64,000 bases of DNA from Nitrosopumilus sp. (GCA_965219345.1 OZ244732.1:64001-128000); one strand, 5' to 3'; numbered from the stretch's first letter, positions 24,201 to 33,751 are shown. The notes: generated from the sequence alone by a model not told the origin. Program-made: numbers and translations.

Positions 24201-27200
24201 TCATCATCATCATCAAGTGTGCCGCTAAGGGTGAGGATAAGCGTGTTTGTAGGTGTGGCAACTGGATTAATGATATTATCACATTCTGGCGTAGCAAAAC
24301 AAAGGGTGGGGATAAGCGTGTTTGTAGGTGTGGCAACAGCAGCAGCATTGATAATTCCAGTTACGACCGGGTTTGCAAATATGGTGCCAGACAGCACAAA
24401 GTCTCCTGGTGCCGCAGAGCTGACTGTAACGTTTTCGGACAGTATGACGTGAATTGTCGATGTGCCGACAGTACCAACGGAGGACACGGTTGGCGGCGCG
24501 TTATCGACTGTGCGGTCAAAGGTCTGGTCTGCCGCCTGGTTTGATGCACTGTCTTCCACGGTGCCAAGCGAATCGTCATAGGTTATAGATGGAGTATAGG
24601 ATGTGTCGGTAATGCCGGAGACGGTAAGGGTTATGGTGTCGTCTGAACCGGCGGGATCGGTGTTTGCCGTCACCGCTCCCCCGTCAGAGAGGCCAAATCC
24701 TGCGCCGTCCGTGGTGTTGACGTCAACGTTCTCGCTGTACGTCAGGACTATCTCGGTAAGGGAGGTCACGGCAGCCGCGGTGATCTCTGGCGGAACGGTA
24801 TCCGGCAGCGGGGTGGTGCCGGTAAAGGTCTGGCTCGCTGCAGGGTTTGATGCGCCGTCTGTCACGGAGCCATCAGACTCGGTGTAAATCACGTTTGGAG
24901 CATCGGATGCGGTGATGCCGGAGACGGTAAGTGTTATGGTGTTGCCCGAATTGTCGGGATCAGTATTTGCCGACACCGTTCCTCCGACAGATAGGGTGAA
25001 TCCTTCGCCGTTTGTGGTTGTGACGTCTATGTTCTCGCTGTACGTCAGGACTATCTCGGTAAGGGAGGTCACGGCAGCTGCGGTGATTGTTGGCGGGGCG
25101 GTGTCTGATGGAATGTTGTTTGTGACCAACATTGCCGCAAAGCTGGCAAGGGAGTTTGGCTGTTGGAATAGCGTAAATGGTTCAGATAGCGCGTACTGGT
25201 GTACGTTCTTGCTGTTATCACCCAAGACAAATATCCTCGTTCCGTCAGCAGAGAAGGCCAGGCCTGTCGGGGATTGGTCTTGTGAGGATACTGAGAAGGA
25301 GTTGGCAGAGGTGGCAGTGGACACGTCAAAGGGGGCGGTTAGTGCGTACTCGTATACGGCACCGTTATAACCACCCACAACAAACATCTTTGTTCCGTCA
25401 CCAGAGAAGGCCAGGCCTCGCGGGAGTATGTCTTCTGATGCCACGGAGAAAGAGTCGACAAAGGTGACATCCGATGTGCCGGCGACATTCGATACGTCAA
25501 AGGGGGCGGTTAGCGTGTACTCGTATACGGCACCGCTAAGATCACCTATAACGAACATCCTAGTTCCGTCGCCAGAGAAGGCCAGGTCTGCCGGTAATGT
25601 GTCTTGTGAGGATACTGAGAAAGAGTTAGCAGAGGTGGCAGTGGACACGTCAAAGGGGGTGGTTAGTGCGTACTCGTTTATGTTATTGTCGAAACTACCC
25701 ACAACAAACATCTTTGTTCCGTCAGCAGAGAAGGCCAGGCCTCGCGGGACTGTGTCTTGTGATGCCACTGAGAAAGAGTCGACAAAGGTAGCAGTGGACA
25801 CGTCAAAGGCGGCGGATAGTGTGTACTGGTGTACGGCATCGTTATCGCTACTAATACCAGTACTCACTACAAACATCCTTGTTCCGTCATTAGAGAAGGC
25901 CATGCCGGTTGATTCCGAGTCTTGTAGATCTACTGGGAAGGAGCTGAGAAGGGGCGGAAGAGGGATGTCATCTATGCTGCCCGTGTTTCTGGTGTATGCC
26001 AGGCTGATGGCATCATTGCTGTCAAGCGTATCGTCAAGGGCAAGGGCTACCGTGTTGTTTGTAACAGCGGTGATTCCGGTCACGGCCGGGTCTGTGGATA
26101 TGGTGCCGGACAGCGCAAAGTCTTCCGGTGCAGCACCGTTTATTGTGACGTTTTCGGACAGCACGATGTTAATTGTTGATGTGCTGGCAGTTGCAATGGA
26201 GGACACGGTTGGAGGCGCGTCATCGGTTGTGCCGGTAAAGGTCTGGCTTGCTGCCGAGGTTGATGCGGTGTCTGTCACGGTGCCGGATTCCGCAGAGTAG
26301 GTTATATCCGGCCTGTCGGATGTGTTGGTGATGCCGGAGACCGTAAGTGTTATGGTGTCTGCCGCACCGGCGGGATCAGAGTTTCCCGTCACTTCCCCGA
26401 CGGAGAGGGTGAATCCCGTGCCGTCTGTGGTTGTGACGTCTATGTTCTCGCTGTACGTCAGGACTATGCTGATAGCCGAGGTCACGGCAGCTGCGGTGAT
26501 TTCCGGTGGAACGGTATCCGGCAGCGGGGTGGTGCCGGTAAAGGTCTGGTCTTCTGCAGGGTTTGATGCGCCGTCTGTCACGGAGCCATCAGACTCGGTG
26601 TAAATCACGTTTGGAGCATCAGATTCGGTGATGCCGGAGACGGTAAGGGTTATGGTGTTGCCCGAACCGGCGGGATCGGTGTTTGCCGACACTGTTCCGG
26701 TGGAAAGGGTGAATCCTGCGCCGTTTATGGTTGTGACGTCTATGTTCTCGCTGTACGTCAGGACTATCTCGGTAAGGGAGGTCACGGTAGCTGCGGTGAT
26801 TGTTGGCGGGGTGGTGTCTGATGGAATGTTGTTTGTGACTGACATTGCCGCAAAGCTGGCAAGGGAGTTTGGCTGCTGGAATAGCGTAAATGGTTCAGAT
26901 AGCGCGTACTGGTGTACGTTCTCGCCGGAATTACCCAAGACAAATATCCTCGTTCCGTCAGCAGAGAAGGCCAGATCTGCCGGGGCTGTGTCTTGTGATC
27001 TCACTGGGAAAGAGTCGACAAAGGAGGCAGTGGACACGTCAAAGGGGGTGGTTAGTGTGTACTCGTTTATGTCATCGTCGAAACCACCTACGACAAACAT
27101 CTTTGTTCCGTCAGCAGAGAGGGCCAGGCCTCGCGGGAATATGTCTTGTGATGCCACTGGGAAAGAGTCGACAAAGGAGGCAGTGGACACGTCAAAGGGG

Positions 27201-28279
27201 GTGGTTAGTGTGTACTCGTTTATGTCATTGCCGGCATCGCCTACGACAAACATCTTTGTTCCGTCAGTAGAGAAGGCCAGGCCTCGCGGGGCTGTGTCTT
27301 GTGATGCCACTGGGAAAGAGTCGACAAAGGAGGCAGTGGACACGTCAAAGGCGGCGGATAGTGTGTACTCGTTTATGTCATTGCCGGCATCGCCTACGAC
27401 AAACATCTTTGTTCCGTCAGCAGAGAAGGCCAGGCCTCGCGGTATTCCGTCTTGTGATGCCACTGGGAAAGAGTCGACAAAGGAGGCAGTAGATACGTCA
27501 AAGGCGGTAGTTAGCGCGTACTGGTTTACGGCATCGTTATCGCCACTACCAGTACCCACTACAAACATCCTTGTTCCGTCATTAGAGAAGGCCAGGCCGG
27601 TTGGTTCCGAGTCTTGTAGACCTACTGGGAAGGAGCCGTCAAGGGGCGGAAGAGGGATGTCATCTATGCTGCCCGTGGTCTTGGTGTATGCCAGGAGGAT
27701 GGCATCATTGCTGTCAAGCGTATCGTCAAGGGCAAGGGCTACCGTGTTGTTTGTAACAGCGGTGATTCCGGTCACGGCCGGGTCTGTGGATATGGTGCTG
27801 GACAGCACAAAGTCTTCCGGTGCAGCATCGTTTATTGTGACGTTCTCGGACAGTACGATGTCAATTGCCGACATGTTGGAAGTTGCAATGGAGAACACGA
27901 TTGGCGGCGCGTCATCGGTTGTACCGGTAAAGGTCTGGTCTGCTGCCAGGTTGAACGCCGTACCTAACAAAGAGTCAGGTAAAGAGGTGTAGATTATATC
28001 CGGCCTGTCGGATGTTGTGATGCCGGAGACGGTAAGCGTTATGGTGTCTGCCGAACCTCCGGGATCGGTGTTTGCCGACACTTGCCCGACGGAGAGGGCG
28101 AATCCTGCGCCGTCCATGCTGTTGGCGTCTATGTTCTCGCTGTACGTCAGGACTATCTCGGTAGCCGAGGTTACAGAAGCTGCGATGATTGTCGGGTGCT
28201 CCGCCGCATGTGCCGGAACAATGGACAAAGAGGCCAACATCAGCGTGGAAATTAAAATAACAAAGGAAATTCTCTCCAT
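9284..28279 (-). CDS. Giant repetitive secreted/surface protein (about 6,300 aa): signal peptide, SwmB/Ig-like repeats, ten 5-repeat beta-propeller cassettes, Gly linker and thaumarchaeal C-terminal C...C...ERGW domain; interrupted by two frameshifts
   Basis: ORFs 13520-28297, 12300-13496 and 9284-12610 continue the same repeat series. The signal peptide is [25 protein letters not shown] (ATG at 28279). Repeats are GLAFSxDGTxMFV and [11 protein letters not shown]...LTYSEN...ITLTVSG. Confidence 0.88.
11270..14345. repeat. Near-identical tandem array with ~300-bp units and a ~906-bp higher-order period
   Basis: Equivalent positions fall at 11424, 12330, 13237 and 14160 (spacings 906, 907, 923). 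Confidence 0.9.
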
Positions 28280-28290
28280 CTCTTTATTTT

Positions 28291-28312
28291 CACACACACC
28301 CCCCCCCCCCCC
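28291..28312. repeat. (CA)4 plus C14 homopolymer (poly-G on the coding strand) about 20 bp upstream of the giant gene start
   Basis: cacacacacc cccccccccc cc, read directly from the sequence. Confidence 0.9.
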
Positions 28313-28342
28313 GTTATTCTGTTGATGCTCACAAAAAATGGT

Positions 28343-28454
28343 AGTTAATGCTCATATATATAAAATTCCAGCTGACAGGGTTGCCCCAAAGCATGCAACC
28401 TTCACATGACTATGCCAAGTTAATGCTCATATATATAAAATTCCAGCTGACAGG
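28343..28454 (-). promoter_or_regulatory. Perfect 37-bp direct repeat containing a TATA-box-like TTTTATATATAT; putative duplicated promoter of the giant gene
   Basis: AGTTAATGCTCATATATATAAAATTCCAGCTGACAGG occurs at 28343-28379 and 28418-28454. Confidence 0.6.
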
Positions 28455-28455
28455 A

Positions 28456-29088
28456 CTGCATGGAAATCAATCTGACCGAAGTTGACAGGATGGCAATGGA
28501 TGCATATCTTGAAAATATCAATATGAATCAAAAACAGACTGGCACATTTGAGACAAAAATTGCTACAATTAGCAACGAGGATGAAAGAACAAGGTTAGTC
28601 ATGACAATCCCTGGAATAAGTTATGTCACGGCACTGACAATAATCTCAGAGATAGTTGACATTAACGGATTTGCAACAGCAGAGAAACTCGTCTCATATG
28701 CGGGACTTGCACCATCGCACAGGGACAGTGGGGAAAACACAAAAAGGAGGCGGAATAACAAAACGGGGTTCTGCATGGTTGCGCAATGCAAGGTAGAGGA
28801 GGCTGCAAATACTACGATACGATTTGATCCAAAGATGGAATCATTTTACTTGAGAATTGCAAAAAGGAGAGGAAAACAAAAGGCAAGGATAGCAACAGCT
28901 GCTGCAAGGCAGATGCCTGAGATAATTGGTACATGCTAACAAACATGGAAGAATACCGCACACAGAATCATGAGCTGACGCAAAGAAAGTATAAGAAGAT
29001 GCAAGACAAATCAGAGATGTCCTGATTCAGCAAAGCACACTGAGAATGGCCCGCAGTAGGATAAGAGACGATTTCGTATGGGAGAACC
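28456..29088 (+). mobile_element. Truncated IS110 copy (3' half), inverted relative to the left copy
   Basis: Near-identical reverse complement of 6885-7522. Encodes SYAGLAPSHRDSG and is frameshifted. Confidence 0.92.
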
Positions 29089-29096
29089 CAATTGTT
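29089..29096. repeat. 8-bp direct repeat CAATTGTT, right copy
   Basis: Immediately follows the GGGAGAACC terminus. Confidence 0.85.
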
Positions 29097-29133
29097 CAAT
29101 ATCTTTATAAGCAAATTATGCCTATATTTAACC

Positions 29134-29256
29134 ATGTCTGAGATGGTTTGGAAATGTTTTAGATGTAATCTATCATTTAAGGACAAAAATTTGGCCGAAA
29201 TGCATAGAGAAATTTCAAGTCATTCAGTTACAAAAGTCAAGACACTAGTTGCATAA
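29134..29256 (+). CDS. 40-aa C2H2-like zinc-finger microprotein (not in the ORF track)
   Basis: Translates as MSEMVWKCFRCNLSFKDKNLAEMHREISSHSVTKVKTLVA. TTTATAA lies about 25 bp upstream. Confidence 0.7.
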   Translation: MSEMVWKCFRCNLSFKDKNLAEMHREISSHSVTKVKTLVA

Positions 29257-29300
29257 TTATTAAAAAATTTTTGAACACTTTAGTTTTGATAAAAAGCTAA

Positions 29301-29401
29301 TGCAGAGGGTGGGATTCGAACCCACGAACTCCTAAGAGAAGGGATTTCCTATTTTGAGGATCTTGAGTCCCTCTCGGTTGACCGGGCTTCGATACCTCTG
29401 C
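29301..29401 (-). tRNA. tRNA-Leu(CAA) with a 16-nt intron at position 37/38 (29346-29361)
   Basis: GCAGAGG/CCTCTGCA acceptor, AGGGA-CTCAAG[intron]A-TCCCT anticodon arm, long variable arm and GGTTCGAATCC T-loop. Confidence 0.93.
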
Positions 29402-29522
29402 AATGTCATTGGATAATGACCGATATTTCTCGATTACTAATATGAAAAATTAGAAAAATGATCCATTGTTTTGTAGGTTTTTTAACAAAGCTTATAATTA
29501 TGCGAATTTGATTCAAAAATAC

Positions 29523-29837
29523 ATGTCAGAATTCATACCAATTTCAGAAGCAAAAAAAATGCGAAGTGGAGTTAATGTTAAAGCCGAAGTTAAAAGTAAA
29601 GGAGACCCAAGAACTGTAAATCTCAAAAGTGGTGGAACAATTGATGTCTGCGATGCAGTTATAGCTAATGGTGAAACTGAAGATGACCAAATGAAACTCA
29701 CATTATGGGGTGACGACATCAAAGCAGTAAATATTGGAGATGAAGTTGTCATTACAAATGGATATACCAATGAGTTCAAAGGAGAAGTTTCTTTAACAAA
29801 AGGTAAATTTGGTAAGATGGATGTAAATCCTCAATAA
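29523..29837 (+). CDS. ssb: Single-stranded DNA-binding protein (single OB fold)
   Basis: Crenarchaeal/thaumarchaeal SSB pattern: VNVKAEV, LTLWG, ITNGYTNEFKG, GKFG. Confidence 0.85.
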   Translation: MSEFIPISEAKKMRSGVNVKAEVKSKGDPRTVNLKSGGTIDVCDAVIANGETEDDQMKLTLWGDDIKAVNIGDEVVITNGYTNEFKGEVSLTKGKFGKMDVNPQ

Positions 29838-29918
29838 ATCTAAATATTCACAGAATAAATTTTATTTTTCTATATTCTCTAATCATACTAAATCTCTTTA
29901 GAAAATTTATCAAAAAAA

Positions 29919-30956
29919 TTATCGTCTAGATTTCTTTTTAGCTGCTTTCTTCTTTGCTGGTCTCTTTTTAGCTGCTTTCTTCTTTGCTGGTCTCTTTTTA
30001 GCTGCTTTCTTCTTTGCTGGTCTCTTTTTAGCTGCTTTCTTCTTTGCTGGTCTCTTTTTAGCTGCTTTCTTCTTTGCTGGTCTCTTTTTAGCTGCTTTCT
30101 TCTTTGCTGGTCTCTTTTTAGCTGCTTTCTTCTTTGCTGGTCTCTTTTTAGCTGCTTTCTTCTTTGCTGGTCTCTTTTTAGCTGCTTTCTTCTTTGCTGG
30201 TCTCTTTTTAGCTGCTTTCTTCTTTGCTGGTCTCTTTTTAGCTGCTTTCTTCTTTGCTGCAGCACGTTTCTTTGCAGCTGCAACTCTTTTAGCTGCTGCT
30301 CTTTTAGCTGCTTTACGTCTCTTCGCTAAAAGTTCTTGAAATTTTCCAGATACTTTTTCTAATGCTCTTTTAGTAGAATCTTCTGCTTTAGTTCGTCTTT
30401 CTAATTCTTTTACAAACTTTTCAGCAGACTTATGACTAGTTGCCATAGTTTCACGTAAAGATGGTTTTGATTGAGATTGTTTTTGAATTTTTGAAGTGAT
30501 TTTTGATTTAAAATTAGAATATTGAGCAACATCATCTGAAATCTTTTTTGCAGTTTTTTGCCTGCTTTTAATCTCAGAAACTAATTCTTGAACACGGTCA
30601 TTTAAAGATCGTAATCTAGTCTCTGCGTTCTGTTTTTCTTCGGGACCTTCTGAGAACTCTATCTCTTGTTCAGCCTGTTCGATTGCTTCTTTTTCTCGTG
30701 TCAGTCGTTCCTCAGCTGCCGCCACTAGTCTTCCAATGCTTTCTAATTGAGAGGTTTTTCGGGTAAGGATTTCAGATGTATCAGAGACATCTTCACGTTC
30801 AGATTCTATTTTTCTATCTATAGAATTGAGGCCTGAAGAAGAACGCCTTTCAATAGAACGGGTTTCTTTGAGTTCTTTTTCAGCTCTTTTCCTAAGCTTT
30901 GTTGCGTCCTGTTTCTTTTGACGTAGTTGAACTACTAATCTTTCTAATGATGCCAC
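29919..30956 (-). CDS. Coiled-coil protein with histone H1-like Lys/Ala/Pro tail
   Basis: Long heptad region followed by (KKKAAKKRPA)n. Confidence 0.85.
   Translation of the reverse strand: MASLERLVVQLRQKKQDATKLRKRAEKELKETRSIERRSSSGLNSIDRKIESEREDVSDTSEILTRKTSQLESIGRLVAAAEERLTREKEAIEQAEQEIEFSEGPEEKQNAETRLRSLNDRVQELVSEIKSRQKTAKKISDDVAQYSNFKSKITSKIQKQSQSKPSLRETMATSHKSAEKFVKELERRTKAEDSTKRALEKVSGKFQELLAKRRKAAKRAAAKRVAAAKKRAAAKKKAAKKRPAKKKAAKKRPAKKKAAKKRPAKKKAAKKRPAKKKAAKKRPAKKKAAKKRPAKKKAAKKRPAKKKAAKKRPAKKKAAKKRPAKKKAAKKRPAKKKAAKKKSRR
29933..30259. repeat. Perfect 30-bp tandem repeat, about 10.6 copies
   Basis: The unit gctgctttcttctttgctggtctcttttta repeats identically. Confidence 0.97.
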
Positions 30957-31091
30957 GATTGAATCAAAACAAAAGAGTCGGTTAAATTGTTAATATGATC
31001 AGGATTTGACTTACCAGTTAAGAAAATTAACTAATCATGATCGCTAAAATCATTTTTTAAAAAATATTAGTTAAAAGATTCCATAAAAATT

Positions 31092-31403
31092 ATGGATTTT
31101 CATCCGAAAGATTTGCCAATTTTAAAGACATATGTCCTAAAAGATGAAAAAGACGCATCAGATGCAGTTGAAGATATGGTTAAACTTGGATTCCAAAATA
31201 GAAAAGAGGGATTCAAAGCCTTGATGCCGAAAGAGTCAAAGATTGCAAAAAAAATTGGATATACAGTTACAACAGGGGTAACACAAGGACTAAGACAAAA
31301 AAATGAAATTAGAGATATCAAATATTGGACTTATCACCATGATGAAGATCATTTTGCAATAGTTTTGATAAGTAATACTACTTTAACAGAATTAGGTTTT
31401 TGA
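31092..31403 (+). CDS. Hypothetical protein
   Basis: 103-aa ORF with host-like codon usage. Confidence 0.7.
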   Translation: MDFHPKDLPILKTYVLKDEKDASDAVEDMVKLGFQNRKEGFKALMPKESKIAKKIGYTVTTGVTQGLRQKNEIRDIKYWTYHHDEDHFAIVLISNTTLTELGF

Positions 31404-32060
31404 TTTATCGAAAATTTTGTAGAGTTTTGTTCGCTTTGCCATTACTCCAGCAAGCATTATTCCAATAACGGCCCCCCCAATGACATCCATAGGGAAATGT
31501 TGTAAAACATAGATTCTACTAATTGAAATCATTACAGGATAGAGAAGTAACAAATATGCACCTCGAGGGAATCGTTCTGAAAGCGCATAGCCCAAGATTA
31601 TTCCAATTATCATAGCTCTAGCTGCATGGCCAGAAGGGTATGATGCATTATACCCACCCTCACAAAATAATGCATATGTATCACGGCTAATTTCGACGGG
31701 GAACGGTGAACCCTCATAATCGAAATCGGGTCTATCCCTATCAACTCCACATTTGATGTATCCTGTTAGTAGTGTCGAAATTACAATCAGAATCATCAGA
31801 GTGATTCCTATTCTACGGGTTTTTGGAATAATTAACATCAGAATTCCAAATGCCATCATCCACAAAACCTCACCACTTTCTGTGATATACTGCATTATGG
31901 TGTCTAATGTTGCATTTCCAACATTCTGTGAAAAAAATGAAACAGTACTTTGATCAAAACTTTCAGTCACTCCATAGTATACAAGAGCAGTAAGAATGAG
32001 AAACAAAACGGTTAGTAAGACAAAGGAACGTGATCTGATATCAAAAATCCAATTTTGCAA
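31392..32060 (-). CDS. PAP2-family phosphatase
   Basis: KxxxxRxRP, SYPSGH and SRIYVLQHFPMDV motifs. Confidence 0.92.
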   Translation of the reverse strand: MQNWIFDIRSRSFVLLTVLFLILTALVYYGVTESFDQSTVSFFSQNVGNATLDTIMQYITESGEVLWMMAFGILMLIIPKTRRIGITLMILIVISTLLTGYIKCGVDRDRPDFDYEGSPFPVEISRDTYALFCEGGYNASYPSGHAARAMIIGIILGYALSERFPRGAYLLLLYPVMISISRIYVLQHFPMDVIGGAVIGIMLAGVMAKRTKLYKIFDKSKT

Positions 32061-32201
32061 TTAATTAAACCTCAAGTACATGGCTTTTAATTTTTATCAA
32101 TAGATAAGTTTTGGAAGTATAAATCATTGTTTAGAAATAAGATTTGAGAAAATAATTCTGATCGGCTCAAAGAATTTAACCAAGTGTATAATAGAAAAAT
32201 C

Positions 32202-33410
32202 GTGAAGGTACTCACATTAGATGATTTTGACTTAAAAGGTAAGACCGTTTTTTTGAGGGTCGATATGAATTGCCCAATCGATCCAGAAACAATGGAAATT
32301 TCAGGTACCAAAAGAATTGAAGAAACTGCTGAAACTTTGAAATCATTAAAAGATGCCAGGGTAGTTGTCGCATCACATCAAGGCAGGGTTGGAAATAAGG
32401 ATTATACTGGAATGGACAAACATGCAAAAGTTCTTGAAAAACTAATGAATAAAAAAATTAAATATGTTGAAGATGTAATTGGTGAAGCTGCACAAAACGC
32501 AATCAAGAATTTGGAGGATGGAGACATTCTACTTTTAGATAATCTTCGATTGTGTGCTGAAGAAAATTACGAGTTTTCACTAGAGAATGCAGCCAAAACA
32601 ATTATGGTTAGCCGTTTATCTAAATTATTTGATCTTTGCGTATTAGATTCATTTCCAAGTGCTCACAGATCACATCCATCAATTGTTGGTTTTCCACAAG
32701 TTTTGCCAGCTTGTGCAGGCAGAGTTGTTGAAAGGGAAGTTGGAAATCTAGATGAGATAATGACTGTTGCCAAAGCACCCCATGTGATTGTTCTTGGAGG
32801 CTCAAAAATACCTGATAGGCTTGAGGCAATCAGGTTATTGATTCAAAACGGTCGTGCCGACCATGTTCTGTTAACAGGATTGATTGGTAATGTGTTTATG
32901 CGTGCACAAGCCAGAATCAAATCTCCCCTTGGTATCAAAAGGGAAGATGAAGTAGTAGCAAAAGCACACTCTTTGATAGGTGAATATCCTGATGTTTTTG
33001 CCACACCTGTGGATATTGCAATTGACAAAGATGGTGAAAGAGTAGAGATGGATGTCAGAGAGATAGGTAAAGGTGATAAAATTTACGATATAGGTCCAAA
33101 GACTGTAGAGTATTATTCAAAATTAATTTCAGGTGCAGGAACTGTGTTTATCAGCGGGCCAGCAGGATTTTTTGAAAAAGAGAACTTTGGTTATGGAACA
33201 AAAGAACTACTAAATTCAGTTGCAAACTCAATGGCAACAACAATTGTTAGTGGAGGACACTTGACATCTGCACTAAAACAACAAGGATTAGCAGACAAAA
33301 TCAATCATAATAGTACTGCAGGAGGTGCATTGGTACTTTATCTTACGGGTGAAAAGTTACCAATGATCAAAGCACTAGAAGATGCTGCAATAAAATACAG
33401 AGCTAAATAG
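32202..33410 (+). CDS. pgk: Phosphoglycerate kinase
   Basis: FLRVDMNCP, SHQGR, LLDNLR, LGGSK and STAGGA motifs. GTG start preferred. Confidence 0.95.
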   Translation: MKVLTLDDFDLKGKTVFLRVDMNCPIDPETMEISGTKRIEETAETLKSLKDARVVVASHQGRVGNKDYTGMDKHAKVLEKLMNKKIKYVEDVIGEAAQNAIKNLEDGDILLLDNLRLCAEENYEFSLENAAKTIMVSRLSKLFDLCVLDSFPSAHRSHPSIVGFPQVLPACAGRVVEREVGNLDEIMTVAKAPHVIVLGGSKIPDRLEAIRLLIQNGRADHVLLTGLIGNVFMRAQARIKSPLGIKREDEVVAKAHSLIGEYPDVFATPVDIAIDKDGERVEMDVREIGKGDKIYDIGPKTVEYYSKLISGAGTVFISGPAGFFEKENFGYGTKELLNSVANSMATTIVSGGHLTSALKQQGLADKINHNSTAGGALVLYLTGEKLPMIKALEDAAIKYRAK

Positions 33411-33750
33411 AAGACTTGCAAGAAGGATTAGAACAAGTTCTTTCTTCAGATGTTCCAAGATAGATGTCTTGGTTACAAGCATTGCAGTGAAGTTTTTCAA
33501 CAGGATCAAATAGCTTTAACCAGATTGTAGTAAAGTTCTGTGCAATATTTCTTGCAAGACCAGAATCACAAATTTCGTTAAAGAATGATTCAACATCATC
33601 AATTATCCAAGAGGGATCAATGTCACCATTTTCTTTGAGTATCTCAAAAATTTCATCGTTTGTAAATTTAGTATCAACATCATTGAATTTTTCAAAGATT
33701 ATTTTTCTTATTTGAAGTACAATCGGAGTTACAGAAACAAAATCACTCAT
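33403..33750 (-). CDS. Hypothetical protein with C-terminal zinc ribbon
   Basis: CNAC...CSNPSC motif. Last gene of the suf operon. Confidence 0.75.
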   Translation of the reverse strand: MSDFVSVTPIVLQIRKIIFEKFNDVDTKFTNDEIFEILKENGDIDPSWIIDDVESFFNEICDSGLARNIAQNFTTIWLKLFDPVEKLHCNACNQDIYLGTSEERTCSNPSCKSSI

Positions 33751-33751
33751 A

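Larger units (their letters stand above)
6885..29088. mobile_element. 22.2-kb composite transposon-like unit carrying the giant surface-protein gene
   Basis: About 630-bp terminal inverted repeats (6885-~7522 vs ~28456-29088) that begin GGTTCTCCCATACGAAATCG. Exact 8-bp flanking direct repeat. GC-rich cargo. Confidence 0.8.

Noticed and set aside
9284-28279. Diversity-generating retroelement acting on the propeller repeats
   Set aside because: There is no reverse transcriptase in the window, and repeat differences are not visibly adenine-specific.
9372-28325. Dozens of + strand ORFs (up to 454 aa) overlapping the giant gene
   Set aside because: They are antisense shadows of a GC-rich repetitive gene. 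They repeat with the same period and have no independent motifs.
28343-28454. 37-bp repeat / 38-bp spacer / 37-bp repeat as a mini-CRISPR
   Set aside because: Only two copies, TATA-like content, no cas genes, and it sits at a rearrangement junction.
29346-29361. Insertion in tRNA-Leu
   Set aside because: It is an ordinary canonical archaeal tRNA intron at position 37/38.
29933-30259. 30-bp repeats as a possible CRISPR array
   Set aside because: There are no spacers, the repeats lie in frame within a CDS, and no cas genes are present.
29888-30283. ORF with (QRRKQLKRDQ)n
   Set aside because: It is an alternative frame of the 30-bp repeat. The Lys/Ala frame is continuous with the upstream coiled coil.
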